64,000 nucleotides of DNA from an uncultured Desulfatitalea sp. (GCA_963668675.2 CAXXMB010000002.1:1472001-1536000); one strand, 5' to 3'. Positions 39,750 through 49,428 are shown, numbered from the stretch's first letter. Notes: generated by a model not told the origin, from the letters alone. A program made the numbers and translations.

Positions 39750-39827
39750 GGTGTTAACGTCTGTATGGGCATTTTTAATGCTTTGTCTTTATCGGCAGAG
39801 ATTCCATGGTACAGTTTGCGTAAATCA

Positions 39828-39886
39828 CGTTAACGATTTGGCTTTGTGGCGAGAGGATCGAGTCCGCTGAAGAAAAGCGGTTAAGT
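39828..39886 (-). other. Integron attC site (59 bp)
   Basis: Minus strand R'' ACTTAAC ... R' GTTAACG; imperfect palindrome; core very similar to 40516-40574. Confidence 0.8.
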
Positions 39887-39899
39887 CAATTTATTTATG

Positions 39900-40505
39900 T
39901 TAAAGTATGCGTGTAAGTCCATCCCATCCATCAACAACTGGCGGCCGGTCTCTCGGATCATTAAAGCCAACCTCCTCCAGTGTCCAATCATTACGCCCAA
40001 ATTGGCAGGGGCCACATGCCGTGACTAAATTAGAAAAGGCATTTGTGCCACCGCGACTATGTGGAACGACATGATCAAGAGAGGCTGTCAGTGCTGCCAA
40101 ACCAGTGTGTTTCTCGATGTTCCTTCTACCCCAGCGAGCCTCTTTTGGAAAAAGCCGGATCAACACTGATCTCGCTTTTTTTGATACGACTCTGCAACCG
40201 CAGTAACGGCAGCGCCAGCCATCCCGTTTAAAAATCGCAACCTCGTCTTTGGCTGTTGGCATTCTGAGCGTTGATCGTTCGTGCGAAGGCAGTACATCCT
40301 TGGGCATTGATTTTTGCCAATGTATGGTGGGGTCTATCGGTCCAGTTATACGCGCTGTGTATTCATATATTTCAGGGATGTCTGCCTCAGCAATAAAAGC
40401 GCTTGCCACAACATGATTGTTTGCGAGATAGGCATCTACTGCCCGATCAAGCAGATCTGCTGCATGTTCTAATTCTGGTATTAAGGGGAGAAAACTATTT
40501 CGCAT
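39900..40505 (-). CDS. HNH endonuclease (gene cassette)
   Basis: RDGWRCRYCG...LDHVVPHSRGGTN...NLVTACGPC; bounded by attC sites. Confidence 0.88.
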   Translation of the reverse strand: MRNSFLPLIPELEHAADLLDRAVDAYLANNHVVASAFIAEADIPEIYEYTARITGPIDPTIHWQKSMPKDVLPSHERSTLRMPTAKDEVAIFKRDGWRCRYCGCRVVSKKARSVLIRLFPKEARWGRRNIEKHTGLAALTASLDHVVPHSRGGTNAFSNLVTACGPCQFGRNDWTLEEVGFNDPRDRPPVVDGWDGLTRIL

Positions 40506-40515
40506 GATTTTTCAG

Positions 40516-40574
40516 ACTTAACGGTAAGGCTTTGCGGCGAGGGAACCGAGTCCGCCAACAGCTCCTTGTTAGCC
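40516..40574 (-). other. Integron attC site (59 bp)
   Basis: Minus strand R'' GGCTAAC ... R' GTTAAGT; R' is complementary to R'' of the next attC. Confidence 0.85.
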
Positions 40575-40582
40575 AATCCTAT

Positions 40583-41836
40583 TCATTCAAATCTAGGTAT
40601 TGATGCCTCCCAGACCCAACTGTGAAACCATTTTTTATATTTCGCGTCTGCCGCTTCAATGAATGCTTGTACTATTTCATCAACTATATTCTTAATCTCA
40701 ACAACCACTGTCTTATCTATTTGTGACAAGGTTGTCGGAAAGCTGTTTTTAGCTTTCTCCTCGGTCTTTCTTCCCCTGAAATCTGTCACACCGTTGTAAA
40801 AGAAAATGATAGCATCTTCCTGAAGTGCGTATGCATAGTGATTTGCAGTAATATTGCCATGAACCATTTCATTCCTAAATGATCGAAGTTTTAACAGCTT
40901 GTTCCAAAGCTCCGTTTTGGGAGAAAGAATTTGTTTGCTAAATCCATCGCAAAAAAGATGTGCGGTGACTATTCGCAAATCAAGATCGCCTCTTTTTGTT
41001 ATTCGTTCATATGACTCTACTCGAAATTCGGTTTTAAGTAGTAAATGATATATGGTGTTAATAAGTGATTCCAACGCCATAACATACGAAATCGCTGAAG
41101 ATAAATATATTGAACCACCAGTGCTAACATCCAAAGATTCATTCCATTTTAAATCTTTTCTTGGTGGCAATTTGTCAAAATGAGCGGCTAAATCAAACAG
41201 TCGTTCGGCGCTGCTATATCTCTCGGCAAAAATGTTTAAGAGAGCAGACCATGATTTGTTTTGTTCGGTAATTTCTTGATTCTCGTTAAACAAATGTGCA
41301 TTTTTTTCAACGCAATCAATAAAATCAAAGTGAAATCTCTTCCCCTTCTCCATATGAAATTTAAATATATCTGGATCTTTCGGAATGTTCTCAGCCCAAA
41401 ATCGTAATTTTACCCGTGTATTGGCACGCGCGCTTGCGACCTCAGCATGCAATAGGTCCGTAATTTTTATAAGATAGCCCCAATCGACAGCTCCTGGGAT
41501 AATTTTAAATTCACCTGAATCAGTGTTTATATAGGTTGCCAGAATATCTGGTGGGCCATAAAGCAATTTAAAGATTCGATATAGCAAAATGCTATTGAAA
41601 TATGGCAAGGTTTCTTGAAGATCAAATTCATGAATCAGTTCAAAATCATCTGAGGGTTTTCGCTTTACCACCGCGTAAACGCAGTCGTTTATTTCAGGAG
41701 GAATAAAACCTTTTAATTCTTCGTCCAAATTAGATGGGCAGAGGTCAGCATTTTGTCTATCCTCACGAGGAAAATTTTTTGATAGATGTGTTGAATGAAG
41801 CTTGTGCTTTAATTCTTTTACTTGCCCCACAGCCAC
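40583..41836 (-). CDS. Hypothetical protein with HEPN-like C-terminal domain (gene cassette)
   Basis: ALESLIN ... RSFRNEMVHG (RxxxxH); AT-rich; start may be the GTG at 41830. Confidence 0.6.
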   Translation of the reverse strand: MAVGQVKELKHKLHSTHLSKNFPREDRQNADLCPSNLDEELKGFIPPEINDCVYAVVKRKPSDDFELIHEFDLQETLPYFNSILLYRIFKLLYGPPDILATYINTDSGEFKIIPGAVDWGYLIKITDLLHAEVASARANTRVKLRFWAENIPKDPDIFKFHMEKGKRFHFDFIDCVEKNAHLFNENQEITEQNKSWSALLNIFAERYSSAERLFDLAAHFDKLPPRKDLKWNESLDVSTGGSIYLSSAISYVMALESLINTIYHLLLKTEFRVESYERITKRGDLDLRIVTAHLFCDGFSKQILSPKTELWNKLLKLRSFRNEMVHGNITANHYAYALQEDAIIFFYNGVTDFRGRKTEEKAKNSFPTTLSQIDKTVVVEIKNIVDEIVQAFIEAADAKYKKWFHSWVWEASIPRFE

Positions 41837-41846
41837 TCCTTGAAAA

Positions 41847-41975
41847 GGCTAACACTTAGCGTTTTATCCTTCATCCTCTCCGCAAAACAACAAATTTTCG
41901 CACTTCGTATACCCTATGCGAACACGACTTAGGATGTTTCAAAATTAAAGGATGATGGATAAAACGATGTTGAAC
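41847..41975 (-). other. Integron attC site (129 bp)
   Basis: Minus strand R'' GTTCAAC ... R' GTTAGCC; stem CGTTTTATCC(41860-69)/GGATAAAACG(41957-66) plus TCATCCT/AGGATGA. Confidence 0.75.
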
Positions 41976-42247
41976 TTGACCACTGGCTCTGCAGCAGTGA
42001 TTTTAACGATATGGGGATTATATAAAGGGCTTTTGTGAAAGGCAAGATTCAAAATACGTTGGTCACACCGGTATGATTCCAGTTTTCCCACCATTTGAAG
42101 GATTCGACTGCTCATCATCTACTCAAATAATGCCATGACTATTGAACAAATTTAATGTTCGATGCCGTGCGAACATAGGTATGCAGACGATCTCGATTCC
42201 GTTTCGACCGCACCGACTATACCTGTTGTCATTTAAAAACTCACCCC

Positions 42248-43447
42248 TTACTCAGTTGGGTCTCTGGCTCTGTGCGCCGGAACACCGGCAAATTTATTGA
42301 AGCGTTTGAGGTGACCTTTGCCGCAATTGGGACAAAGGGTGATGTCGATACCGGTTACCCGCAACATCATTTCTGCTACGGTTTCCGGACTTGTCTGCTC
42401 AACTGATGCTTCGGGCCCTATTAACTCCCGTATCAGAGCGATACACCTTTTGCGGTTTCGGTGCGCCATAAATCCAAAATACCGGATCTTCACAAAACCA
42501 TTGGGCAGTACATGGAGCAAGAACCGTCGGATGAACTCCACTGCATCCAAGGTCATATACTTAAGTTCGTTATTGCCACTGCGATCTCGATAGGTAAAGC
42601 GCACTTTGCCATCTTCAGCACCGGTTATCCGGTAATTGGATATTGCTACCCGATGGGTATATCGACCAAGATAGTCAAGTATCTGTTGTGGGCCTGCAAA
42701 CGGCCGCTTGGCGTACACGATCCATTTTTTACCCTTGAGCCTGGCTTTGAGTTCGGCAAATCGGTCGGCTCGGGCCAATTGAGCAATTTGGCCCGGGAAC
42801 CGTAGCTTGCCTGCGGCAAACAGCTCTTCCAGCGATTTGAGATAGTGATGTCTCAACGATTTTCCCAGGGCCTTTACATCAAAAAGATACTTTCTTCGCG
42901 ATGCGATCCACTGTTTCTCATCCGATCGAAGGACACCGGCCGGCACCAGACAATGCAGATGACAATGGTCAATAAGTGTCTGTGACCAGGTGTGAAGTAT
43001 CGCCAGATAGCCTAGCTTTCCTTTCAAACGCCATTGGGGGTCTTCGGCAAATCGCTGCAACAGCTTATTGACTTGAGCAAACAACTGGCCCATCAGCAAC
43101 GACTTGTTGGCCCAGATTAGCCCATTGAGCTCGTGAGGCAGGGTAAACACCAAATGGAAGTAGCCGCACGGGAGCAACTCGGCACTACGCGCATTAAGCC
43201 ATTTTTGTTTGGCTGAGCTTTGGCATTTAGGACAGTGCCGGTTACGGCAAGAGTTGTAGGCCGGCACCTGTACCCCGCAAAAGTCACATTGTTGCATGTG
43301 CCCGCCCAATGCCCTGGTGCGACATACCTTGATTAAATTAAAAGATTTGGCTTGTTCGGAACTTAATTTGTATCGGCTTAGATATTGGTCTCCATATAAA
43401 TCAAAGATGTCGGCAACTTCTACTTTGCCGTCGATGCGTGCATTCAA
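42248..43447 (-). CDS. IS91-family rolling-circle transposase
   Basis: CRT.ALGGH...SCRNRHCPKC Zn domain; HTW...HCHLHCL HUH; YLGRYTH (YxxxY). Confidence 0.95.
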   Translation of the reverse strand: MNARIDGKVEVADIFDLYGDQYLSRYKLSSEQAKSFNLIKVCRTRALGGHMQQCDFCGVQVPAYNSCRNRHCPKCQSSAKQKWLNARSAELLPCGYFHLVFTLPHELNGLIWANKSLLMGQLFAQVNKLLQRFAEDPQWRLKGKLGYLAILHTWSQTLIDHCHLHCLVPAGVLRSDEKQWIASRRKYLFDVKALGKSLRHHYLKSLEELFAAGKLRFPGQIAQLARADRFAELKARLKGKKWIVYAKRPFAGPQQILDYLGRYTHRVAISNYRITGAEDGKVRFTYRDRSGNNELKYMTLDAVEFIRRFLLHVLPNGFVKIRYFGFMAHRNRKRCIALIRELIGPEASVEQTSPETVAEMMLRVTGIDITLCPNCGKGHLKRFNKFAGVPAHRARDPTE

Positions 43448-44280
43448 TTTATCTGATCCAATGGGCTGGTCACTTCAGACATTCGATCGGGAACCAAATG
43501 AAGATAGATCAATGTGGTTTGGATATTGATATGGCCTAAAAAGCGTTTGATTAAATAGATATCAATGCCCTGTTCCAAAAGATGCGTGGCAAAACAGTGT
43601 CGCAAGGTATGGATGCCTTTGCCGGCGGTTATGCCCGCTGCTTTTTTAGCCCGCTGATAAATTCGTTGAGCACTGCTTACGGACATATGATACTGCTTGT
43701 GATAGCCGTAAAACAGCCACTGATTCGGTCCATATTTTTCCCAATATCGACGCAACTCCTCCAAAGCCCTCTTGGAAAGAAGCGTGTAACGATCTTTGCG
43801 GCCCTTACCTTGTTCAACCCGTACAAGCATGCGATCGGCTTCGATGTGTTCCGGGCGTAGTTTAACCACCTCGCTGACTCTCAGCCCCGATCCGTAGGCA
43901 AGCATCAGCAGTGTGCGATCCCTCTGATTACGACACCCGTCGATTAATGCATTGACCTGTTTCTGGGTGAGGATCTTGGGCAGTTTCGTGCTTCTCGGCC
44001 TTGGAGGGATGCTAAATTTGGTATTTGGCCATTTTAAAAACTTTGAATAAAAGCAGTAAAGCCCGCTAAAGGCCACATTGCAAGAACTCCACTTGAGCTT
44101 GCGATGCTCAAGCAAGTACACCAAATACTGCTGGATCTGTTCGTTTGTTAATTTGTCAGGTGATTGCTTGTAGTATTTTGCAAGATCAACGACTGACCTG
44201 ACATAGGCTTCTCTGGTTTTTTCGGACAACCTGTGAAGAATAAGGTGTTGTTCGAACTTTTCTCTCAATTTGCTTGCCAT
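43444..44280 (-). CDS. Tyrosine recombinase with N-terminal SAM-like domain
   Basis: YGSGLRVSE, GKGRKDR, HTLRHCFATHLLE, LGH...TTLIY; ATG at 44280 with GGAGG. Confidence 0.93.
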   Translation of the reverse strand: MASKLREKFEQHLILHRLSEKTREAYVRSVVDLAKYYKQSPDKLTNEQIQQYLVYLLEHRKLKWSSCNVAFSGLYCFYSKFLKWPNTKFSIPPRPRSTKLPKILTQKQVNALIDGCRNQRDRTLLMLAYGSGLRVSEVVKLRPEHIEADRMLVRVEQGKGRKDRYTLLSKRALEELRRYWEKYGPNQWLFYGYHKQYHMSVSSAQRIYQRAKKAAGITAGKGIHTLRHCFATHLLEQGIDIYLIKRFLGHINIQTTLIYLHLVPDRMSEVTSPLDQIN

Positions 44281-44888
44281 AGTTGCCTCCTTTATAAATG
44301 GGTTGGATTTAAAGGCAATTATGGACTTTGGGAACAAAAACCGAAACAAAAAATAATATACAGAAGTATTTATGGTGGGCCTGAAAGCATACGCAAGTAG
44401 TACTTCTCCGCGAAGCGGTTCAGTTCAACATTAATATTATGCGGTGTTCTGCTTTTTACTGAGAGTCCATTCATTTTGAGAAAGTGCACTCAACACTGCA
44501 ATCTATCTTTTTATAATTATTGCGTATCAATATATATTTCGCCATATCGACGAATTTAGTACGGACAAAAGTGTACTGATTTTGTTTCTGGATCGCATTC
44601 TGGTTGATTTGATATGTGCACTTCAACATAATATTCTATAAAAATCAATCACATTCACGATTAGACGGGGTGGCTTTCTTAGATACAGTTAACACTTTCT
44701 CGACAAATACCCTTTTTCCTAAATCCCCGCAAGATATCCCCTTCGATCACCCAAAATCCATTTAATCTCCTGACAGCTATACATATTAATTCCTGAGACC
44801 CCATCTATCCCACGTGCATTATTTCCATTTTCACCAAGAACCAATCCAAGCAATCCCATTCAACCCATATCGAAAGGAGTCCACATCC

Positions 44889-45209
44889 ATGATCAATTCG
44901 CTAATCCTAACCGGCAACTTGGGAAACGACCCAGAAATCTTCTTCGGATCAGAAGGCGACCCGGTAACGTCGTTCTCCCTGGCCTTCAAATCTGGCCGCG
45001 ACAAAACAAGCTGGATCAAGTGTGTCTGTTTCAACAAAAACGCTGAAGTTGCTGAGAAATATCTCCACCAGGGCGCCCGTATCGCTGTTGTCGGGTATCT
45101 TCAGCAATCCAAATGGAAAACCAATGAAGGGGAATCACGCAGCACCTTCGAAATGATCGTCAACAGCATCGAATTCATCAAAACAAATGGGAAGGGATTC
45201 GAAGATTAA
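44889..45209 (+). CDS. ssb: Single-stranded DNA-binding protein (short form)
   Basis: MINSLILTGNLGNDPE...WIKCVCF...AEKYLHQG.RIAVVGYL; RBS AAGGAG. Confidence 0.92.
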   Translation: MINSLILTGNLGNDPEIFFGSEGDPVTSFSLAFKSGRDKTSWIKCVCFNKNAEVAEKYLHQGARIAVVGYLQQSKWKTNEGESRSTFEMIVNSIEFIKTNGKGFED

Positions 45210-45338
45210 CCGGCACTGACCATTGACCATGAAGGAGGGCGATGAAAAAGCGAACCGTAGAATTGATCATCGCAATAGGCCTGGAGCTACTGGACTGGCT
45301 ATCCATCATACTATCAGAAAAACGGAGGAGTAAAACCA

Positions 45339-46319
45339 ATGACAGCGAAAGAGCTTCAAAAGAGAAACGGCAAAGCTGAGCAGTTGAAAGTCCTTCAAAG
45401 CGAGGACGGACAATTCTTTGTGGAAAGCGGAGAGGGCAAGATCCTTTACAACGTGGTTTTAAATGACAGCGGAGACTCATGCACCTGTGGGGATTGGGCC
45501 AAGAACAGCAAACGAGATCCCAGCTTTCACTGCAAACACATCCTGGCCGTATATAACGCCATCCCCAAAAAGCAGGTCGAAAGCGCCACTTTCCTGGAAA
45601 AACCAATGCCCCGGTTGGATGAACGCTGGATCACCAAGATCGAGGGAAGGGAGTTCGTTAAATATCCAGGCCTGCTGGATCTGGCGCATCAAAAGGGCAT
45701 CTCAAGCATCGAAGTGGAGATCGTCCAGATGCCCACCAAGGATAATGGGAACTTTGCCGTGTGCCGGGCGACCGTCATGAGCAAGGTGGGAGAGACCTAT
45801 TCTGACATCGGAGACGCCAATCCGGCCAACTGTTCGAGCAAGGTGGCCAAACACTTACTCAGGATGGCCAGCACCCGTGCCATTGCCAGAGCGCTTCGAT
45901 CCTACACAAACGTGGGTATGACGGCACTGGAGGAATTATCGGATTTCAATGAAGCCACGACAGAAGGAGGAACCTATGAGCATCCTGCAAAACCTAAAAC
46001 CACGAAGAAAGCAGCACCGAAAACCCAGAAAAAGGCAGTGGCTACTGCTGCAAAGCAAAAAGCAGAGCCAGAACCGGTGGCACCTGCCGTGGAAAAACAG
46101 GCCCAAAAAGAGTCGTCTGGCAAGGATGATCCAAAGGATAGTTCCCGCCCTGGGATGAGCGAGGCTCAACGCCGTGCCATATTCAACCTGTCCAGGCGGC
46201 GGGGTATCAGCGTGGATGAGATCAAGTCCATGGCTGAGCAATCCTACGGTGTGGAGTTCGACAACCTAACGGCAACCGATGCATCGGCATTCATCCGACA
46301 ACTGCAGACAGCGGCGTAA
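45339..46319 (+). CDS. SWIM Zn finger plus Rad52/Sak-like single-strand annealing protein
   Basis: CTCGDW...CKH SWIM; VKYPGLLDLAH...AVCRATV...DIGDA...MASTRAIARALR; C-terminal SEAQ...ASAFI domain. Confidence 0.6.
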   Translation: MTAKELQKRNGKAEQLKVLQSEDGQFFVESGEGKILYNVVLNDSGDSCTCGDWAKNSKRDPSFHCKHILAVYNAIPKKQVESATFLEKPMPRLDERWITKIEGREFVKYPGLLDLAHQKGISSIEVEIVQMPTKDNGNFAVCRATVMSKVGETYSDIGDANPANCSSKVAKHLLRMASTRAIARALRSYTNVGMTALEELSDFNEATTEGGTYEHPAKPKTTKKAAPKTQKKAVATAAKQKAEPEPVAPAVEKQAQKESSGKDDPKDSSRPGMSEAQRRAIFNLSRRRGISVDEIKSMAEQSYGVEFDNLTATDASAFIRQLQTAA

Positions 46320-46353
46320 CCTAATGAAAGCATATCGTTAACGTATGCTTTAT

Positions 46354-46406
46354 CGAAGGCGGTAGGCGGAACCTAACTGTGACTGTCTGGGAACCTACCG
46401 CCTTCG
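46354..46406. repeat. 13-bp perfect inverted repeat between SSAP and nuclease genes
   Basis: CGAAGGCGGTAGG ... CCTACCGCCTTCG. Confidence 0.7.
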
Positions 46407-46464
46407 TGTATAAAAATCCGCCGTATGCAGCGCTTTTAGAATCAACCTAACAAGGAGACTGAAA

Positions 46465-47292
46465 ATGGTTTTAAGTGAGCTTAGGCAAACGCCCCACCTA
46501 TCGGCATCGAGCATCAATGAGTATGTCGAGTGCTCATTGCTGTATAGGTTCGGCAGGATCGACAAACTGCCTATGGAATTCAAGTCGGATGCCCTGGAGT
46601 TTGGCACCTGCATCCATCGGGTGCTTGAAGAGTATTACAGCGCCAAAATGATCGGCGATCGGATGCTGTTAAAGGATGTCCATGAGTTCTTCGTATTCAA
46701 ATGGTTGGAGATCGCCAAAGGTCGCACCGATATCAGGTACGCAGATGGCAAGGATTACAACTCCTACCTAATGTACGGAAGAGACCTTCTCACAGCCTGG
46801 TACAATAAACTTCCCGATGACGATTTTACCATCCTGGCCATCGAGGAGGCATTCAGCTTCACCCTGCCTGGTATCCCGATAAACATAATTGGAGCAATGG
46901 ACCTTGTTGAAGAGGACAGCGCCGGTACCATCATCATTACCGATTTCAAGACATCTGGCCGGGCCTATTCGAAAGACGAGGTGGACAGCAATCAACAGCT
47001 GACCATGTATCAGATCGCCGCCAAGCGAAACGGTTATGGTAATCGTGAGATCCTGCTGCGCTTCGATACCCTCATCAAAACAAAGACCCCGAAGTTCGAA
47101 CAATACTGGACCACCCGTACCGAGCTTGATGAAAGACGCCTGATCAAAAAGGCCAGGCAAGTGTGGGATGGGATCTCAAAGGAAGTCTTTGTGCCCAATG
47201 ATACCAGCTGGAAGTGCAAAGGGTGCGCATACAAACAGGCCTGTGACGCCTATCTGGAAGGAGAAGAGTATGACCAAGCGAGCAATCAATAA
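46465..47292 (+). CDS. RecB/AddB-like PD-(D/E)xK exonuclease
   Basis: LSASSI...C, FGTCIHRVLE, GAMDLV...ITDFKT, QLTMY, CKGCAYKQAC. Confidence 0.85.
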   Translation: MVLSELRQTPHLSASSINEYVECSLLYRFGRIDKLPMEFKSDALEFGTCIHRVLEEYYSAKMIGDRMLLKDVHEFFVFKWLEIAKGRTDIRYADGKDYNSYLMYGRDLLTAWYNKLPDDDFTILAIEEAFSFTLPGIPINIIGAMDLVEEDSAGTIIITDFKTSGRAYSKDEVDSNQQLTMYQIAAKRNGYGNREILLRFDTLIKTKTPKFEQYWTTRTELDERRLIKKARQVWDGISKEVFVPNDTSWKCKGCAYKQACDAYLEGEEYDQASNQ

Positions 47293-47554
47293 TGTTCAGG
47301 AGTTTTTAACCTTCATGCAGTCGGATGGTGATCGAATCTATCAAATCGTCAATGTGGAATTGTTGCTCAGGAGACATCCACCCGATGCGGTCATCAGCTT
47401 TTTACAGGAGCTCCACAAAGATTACGGAAAGGCCCTGTCCAAGATTATCAGAGAGGACAAGACCAGTTCCCAGATCAATGAGCTGGTTGCCAAACGGTTC
47501 AGGATCAAGATGGCGATCAACACCATCCGTAACCTTGAAAAGGAGGCAGCATGA
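47270..47554 (+). CDS. Hypothetical protein
   Basis: ATG at 47270; overlaps both neighbours. Confidence 0.6.
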   Translation: MTKRAINNVQEFLTFMQSDGDRIYQIVNVELLLRRHPPDAVISFLQELHKDYGKALSKIIREDKTSSQINELVAKRFRIKMAINTIRNLEKEAA

Positions 47555-49428
47555 GTGAATTGAATACAAAACAACGGGAGGCCGCGCAGTTTAAAGATGG
47601 CATTGCCGCTGTGATTGCCATTCCGGGATCAGGGAAAACGAAAACTATGCTGGAGCGTATAAAATTTCTCGTATCTGAATACGGTATTCCTCCTGAAAAT
47701 ATCCTCGGACTAACGTTCACCAAGAACGCAGCTGAAGAAATGCGATCACGCCTGGTGCCGGTATTGGGGGATCTGTCATCAAGAGTCCGGTTGTCTACGA
47801 TCCATTCATTCTGCCTGCACCTGCTCAAAGTCGAGGGACGCGTGTTTGAGATCCTATCCGGCAAAGAGCAGCTGGTGTTCATAAAAAATGTCATGAAACG
47901 CTTACGGGTAAAGGATCTGACTGTGGGAACCGTCCTGCGAGAAATCTCCCTATCCAAGAATAACATCATCGATCCGGTGGAGTTTAAAGAGCTCTTTTAC
48001 GGCGATAAAACCATGATGCAGATCGGCGACATCTATCAGGCGTATGACAAAGCGAAAGAGGAAAAGCTGCTGCTGGATTTTGATGACTTGCTGCTGGAAG
48101 CATACTACCTGCTCCGGGACAATGATGAGGTTCGGGAACAATACCAGGGAAGCTTTCAATCCATACTCGTAGACGAATTTCAAGACACCAACCCGGTGCA
48201 GTTCGAGTTGCTGCGGCTGTTGATTCGACAAGACGGCGATTCTGATGCTTCGAGTTTCTGGGTGGCCGGCGATGATCATCAAGCCATTTACAGCTTTACG
48301 GGCGCATCGGTGGGCAATATCCTCAACTTTCAGTCCATGTTTCCCGGCTCGTGTCAGTTTATCCTCGACCTGAACTATCGTAGTACACCTCAGATCCTCG
48401 CTGCCTGCCAGAACCTGATCCAGCACAACGTCAAGCAGATTCATAAGGAGCTCAAAACGAACAATGCTGACGGAGATGACGTTGTTGTGCTCGAAGCTTC
48501 CAATGAAGAAACTGAAGCGATGGGCGTGGTCAATGAAATCGTGGATCTGGTCGAACGCCGTGGCTATCAATACAGTGACATTGCCGTGCTGTATCGGGCA
48601 AACTTTCAATCCCGGTATGTTGAAGAGGCCTTTTTGCAAAACAAGATCCCATATCACATTCAAAGCGGGCGGACATTCTATGATCGATTCGAGGTCAAGT
48701 GCCTGCTGGATTATATGCGGGTGATCAACGCTCCCGAGGCAGATGAAGCAGATGAGGCGCTCTTGAATATCCTTAATGTGCCGGTCAGGTATGTCAGCAA
48801 CAAGGTGAAAGATCAGCTAAGGGATTATTGCAGGCAGCGCGGCATTCATCTCTATGAGGGATTGAAGTCGATGGTCATCACGGTGCCGTTCGTCCGAAAA
48901 AACATCAAGGCGTTCACTTCGTTTATGGACTCATTGATGGAAGGCGTTGAATCCCTTGAGCCAGCCGAGGTCATTCAAAAGATCCGAACCAGTCTGGACT
49001 ATGATCGCTTTATTGTGGATGAGGATATTCCAAGTCCCGATGATGTGAAGATCTCAAACATTAATCAGCTTCAATTGGCGGCCGCCCGGTATTCAGGAAT
49101 TGGTGCCTTTCTGGACTATACGGACAGCTTCCAGGATGAAGCCATTGCCGATGATAAAAAGGGTGTGTCCTTAATGACCGTGCATAAAGCCAAGGGATTG
49201 GAGTTTCCCGTGGTGTTTGTAATCGGTCTGGTCGAAGGATTGATGCCAAGCGGTAAAGGCAATCTGGAAGAAGAGCGCCGGATTTGCTTTGTGGCCATAT
49301 CACGGGCCATGCGAATGCTGTTTGTATCCTTTCCGTTGAACTATCTGGGCCAGCCTGCCAAAAAATCCCAGTTCTTGGATGAAATGCTCGGCAACCATCA
49401 AAGCGCCAACCAACAATCCGCCGCTTAA
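47551..49428 (+). CDS. UvrD/PcrA-family SF1 helicase
   Basis: AIPGSGKT, LTFTKNAA, VDEFQDT, GDDHQAIYSF, NYRS, MTVHKAKGLEF, EERRICFVAISRA. Confidence 0.93.
   Translation: MSELNTKQREAAQFKDGIAAVIAIPGSGKTKTMLERIKFLVSEYGIPPENILGLTFTKNAAEEMRSRLVPVLGDLSSRVRLSTIHSFCLHLLKVEGRVFEILSGKEQLVFIKNVMKRLRVKDLTVGTVLREISLSKNNIIDPVEFKELFYGDKTMMQIGDIYQAYDKAKEEKLLLDFDDLLLEAYYLLRDNDEVREQYQGSFQSILVDEFQDTNPVQFELLRLLIRQDGDSDASSFWVAGDDHQAIYSFTGASVGNILNFQSMFPGSCQFILDLNYRSTPQILAACQNLIQHNVKQIHKELKTNNADGDDVVVLEASNEETEAMGVVNEIVDLVERRGYQYSDIAVLYRANFQSRYVEEAFLQNKIPYHIQSGRTFYDRFEVKCLLDYMRVINAPEADEADEALLNILNVPVRYVSNKVKDQLRDYCRQRGIHLYEGLKSMVITVPFVRKNIKAFTSFMDSLMEGVESLEPAEVIQKIRTSLDYDRFIVDEDIPSPDDVKISNINQLQLAAARYSGIGAFLDYTDSFQDEAIADDKKGVSLMTVHKAKGLEFPVVFVIGLVEGLMPSGKGNLEEERRICFVAISRAMRMLFVSFPLNYLGQPAKKSQFLDEMLGNHQSANQQSAA

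Larger units (their letters stand above)
41969..44429 (-). mobile_element. Two-gene element: tyrosine recombinase + IS91-family (Y2) transposase
   Basis: Gene pair bounded by inverted ends GTTGAACTTGACCACT (41969-84) and AGCGGTTCAGTTCAAC (44414-29), 13/16 identical. Confidence 0.85.

Noticed and set aside
39828..40574. CRISPR or REP interpretation of the two similar 59-bp repeats
   Set aside because: They are separated by a whole gene and have attC R''/R' boxes
43444..44280. Integron integrase IntI
   Set aside because: It lacks the IntI-specific insertion, is co-oriented with the cassettes and overlaps the IS91 transposase gene
46465..47292. cas4 / CRISPR locus
   Set aside because: No cas1/cas2 and no repeat-spacer array seen in the window; the context is a recombination module
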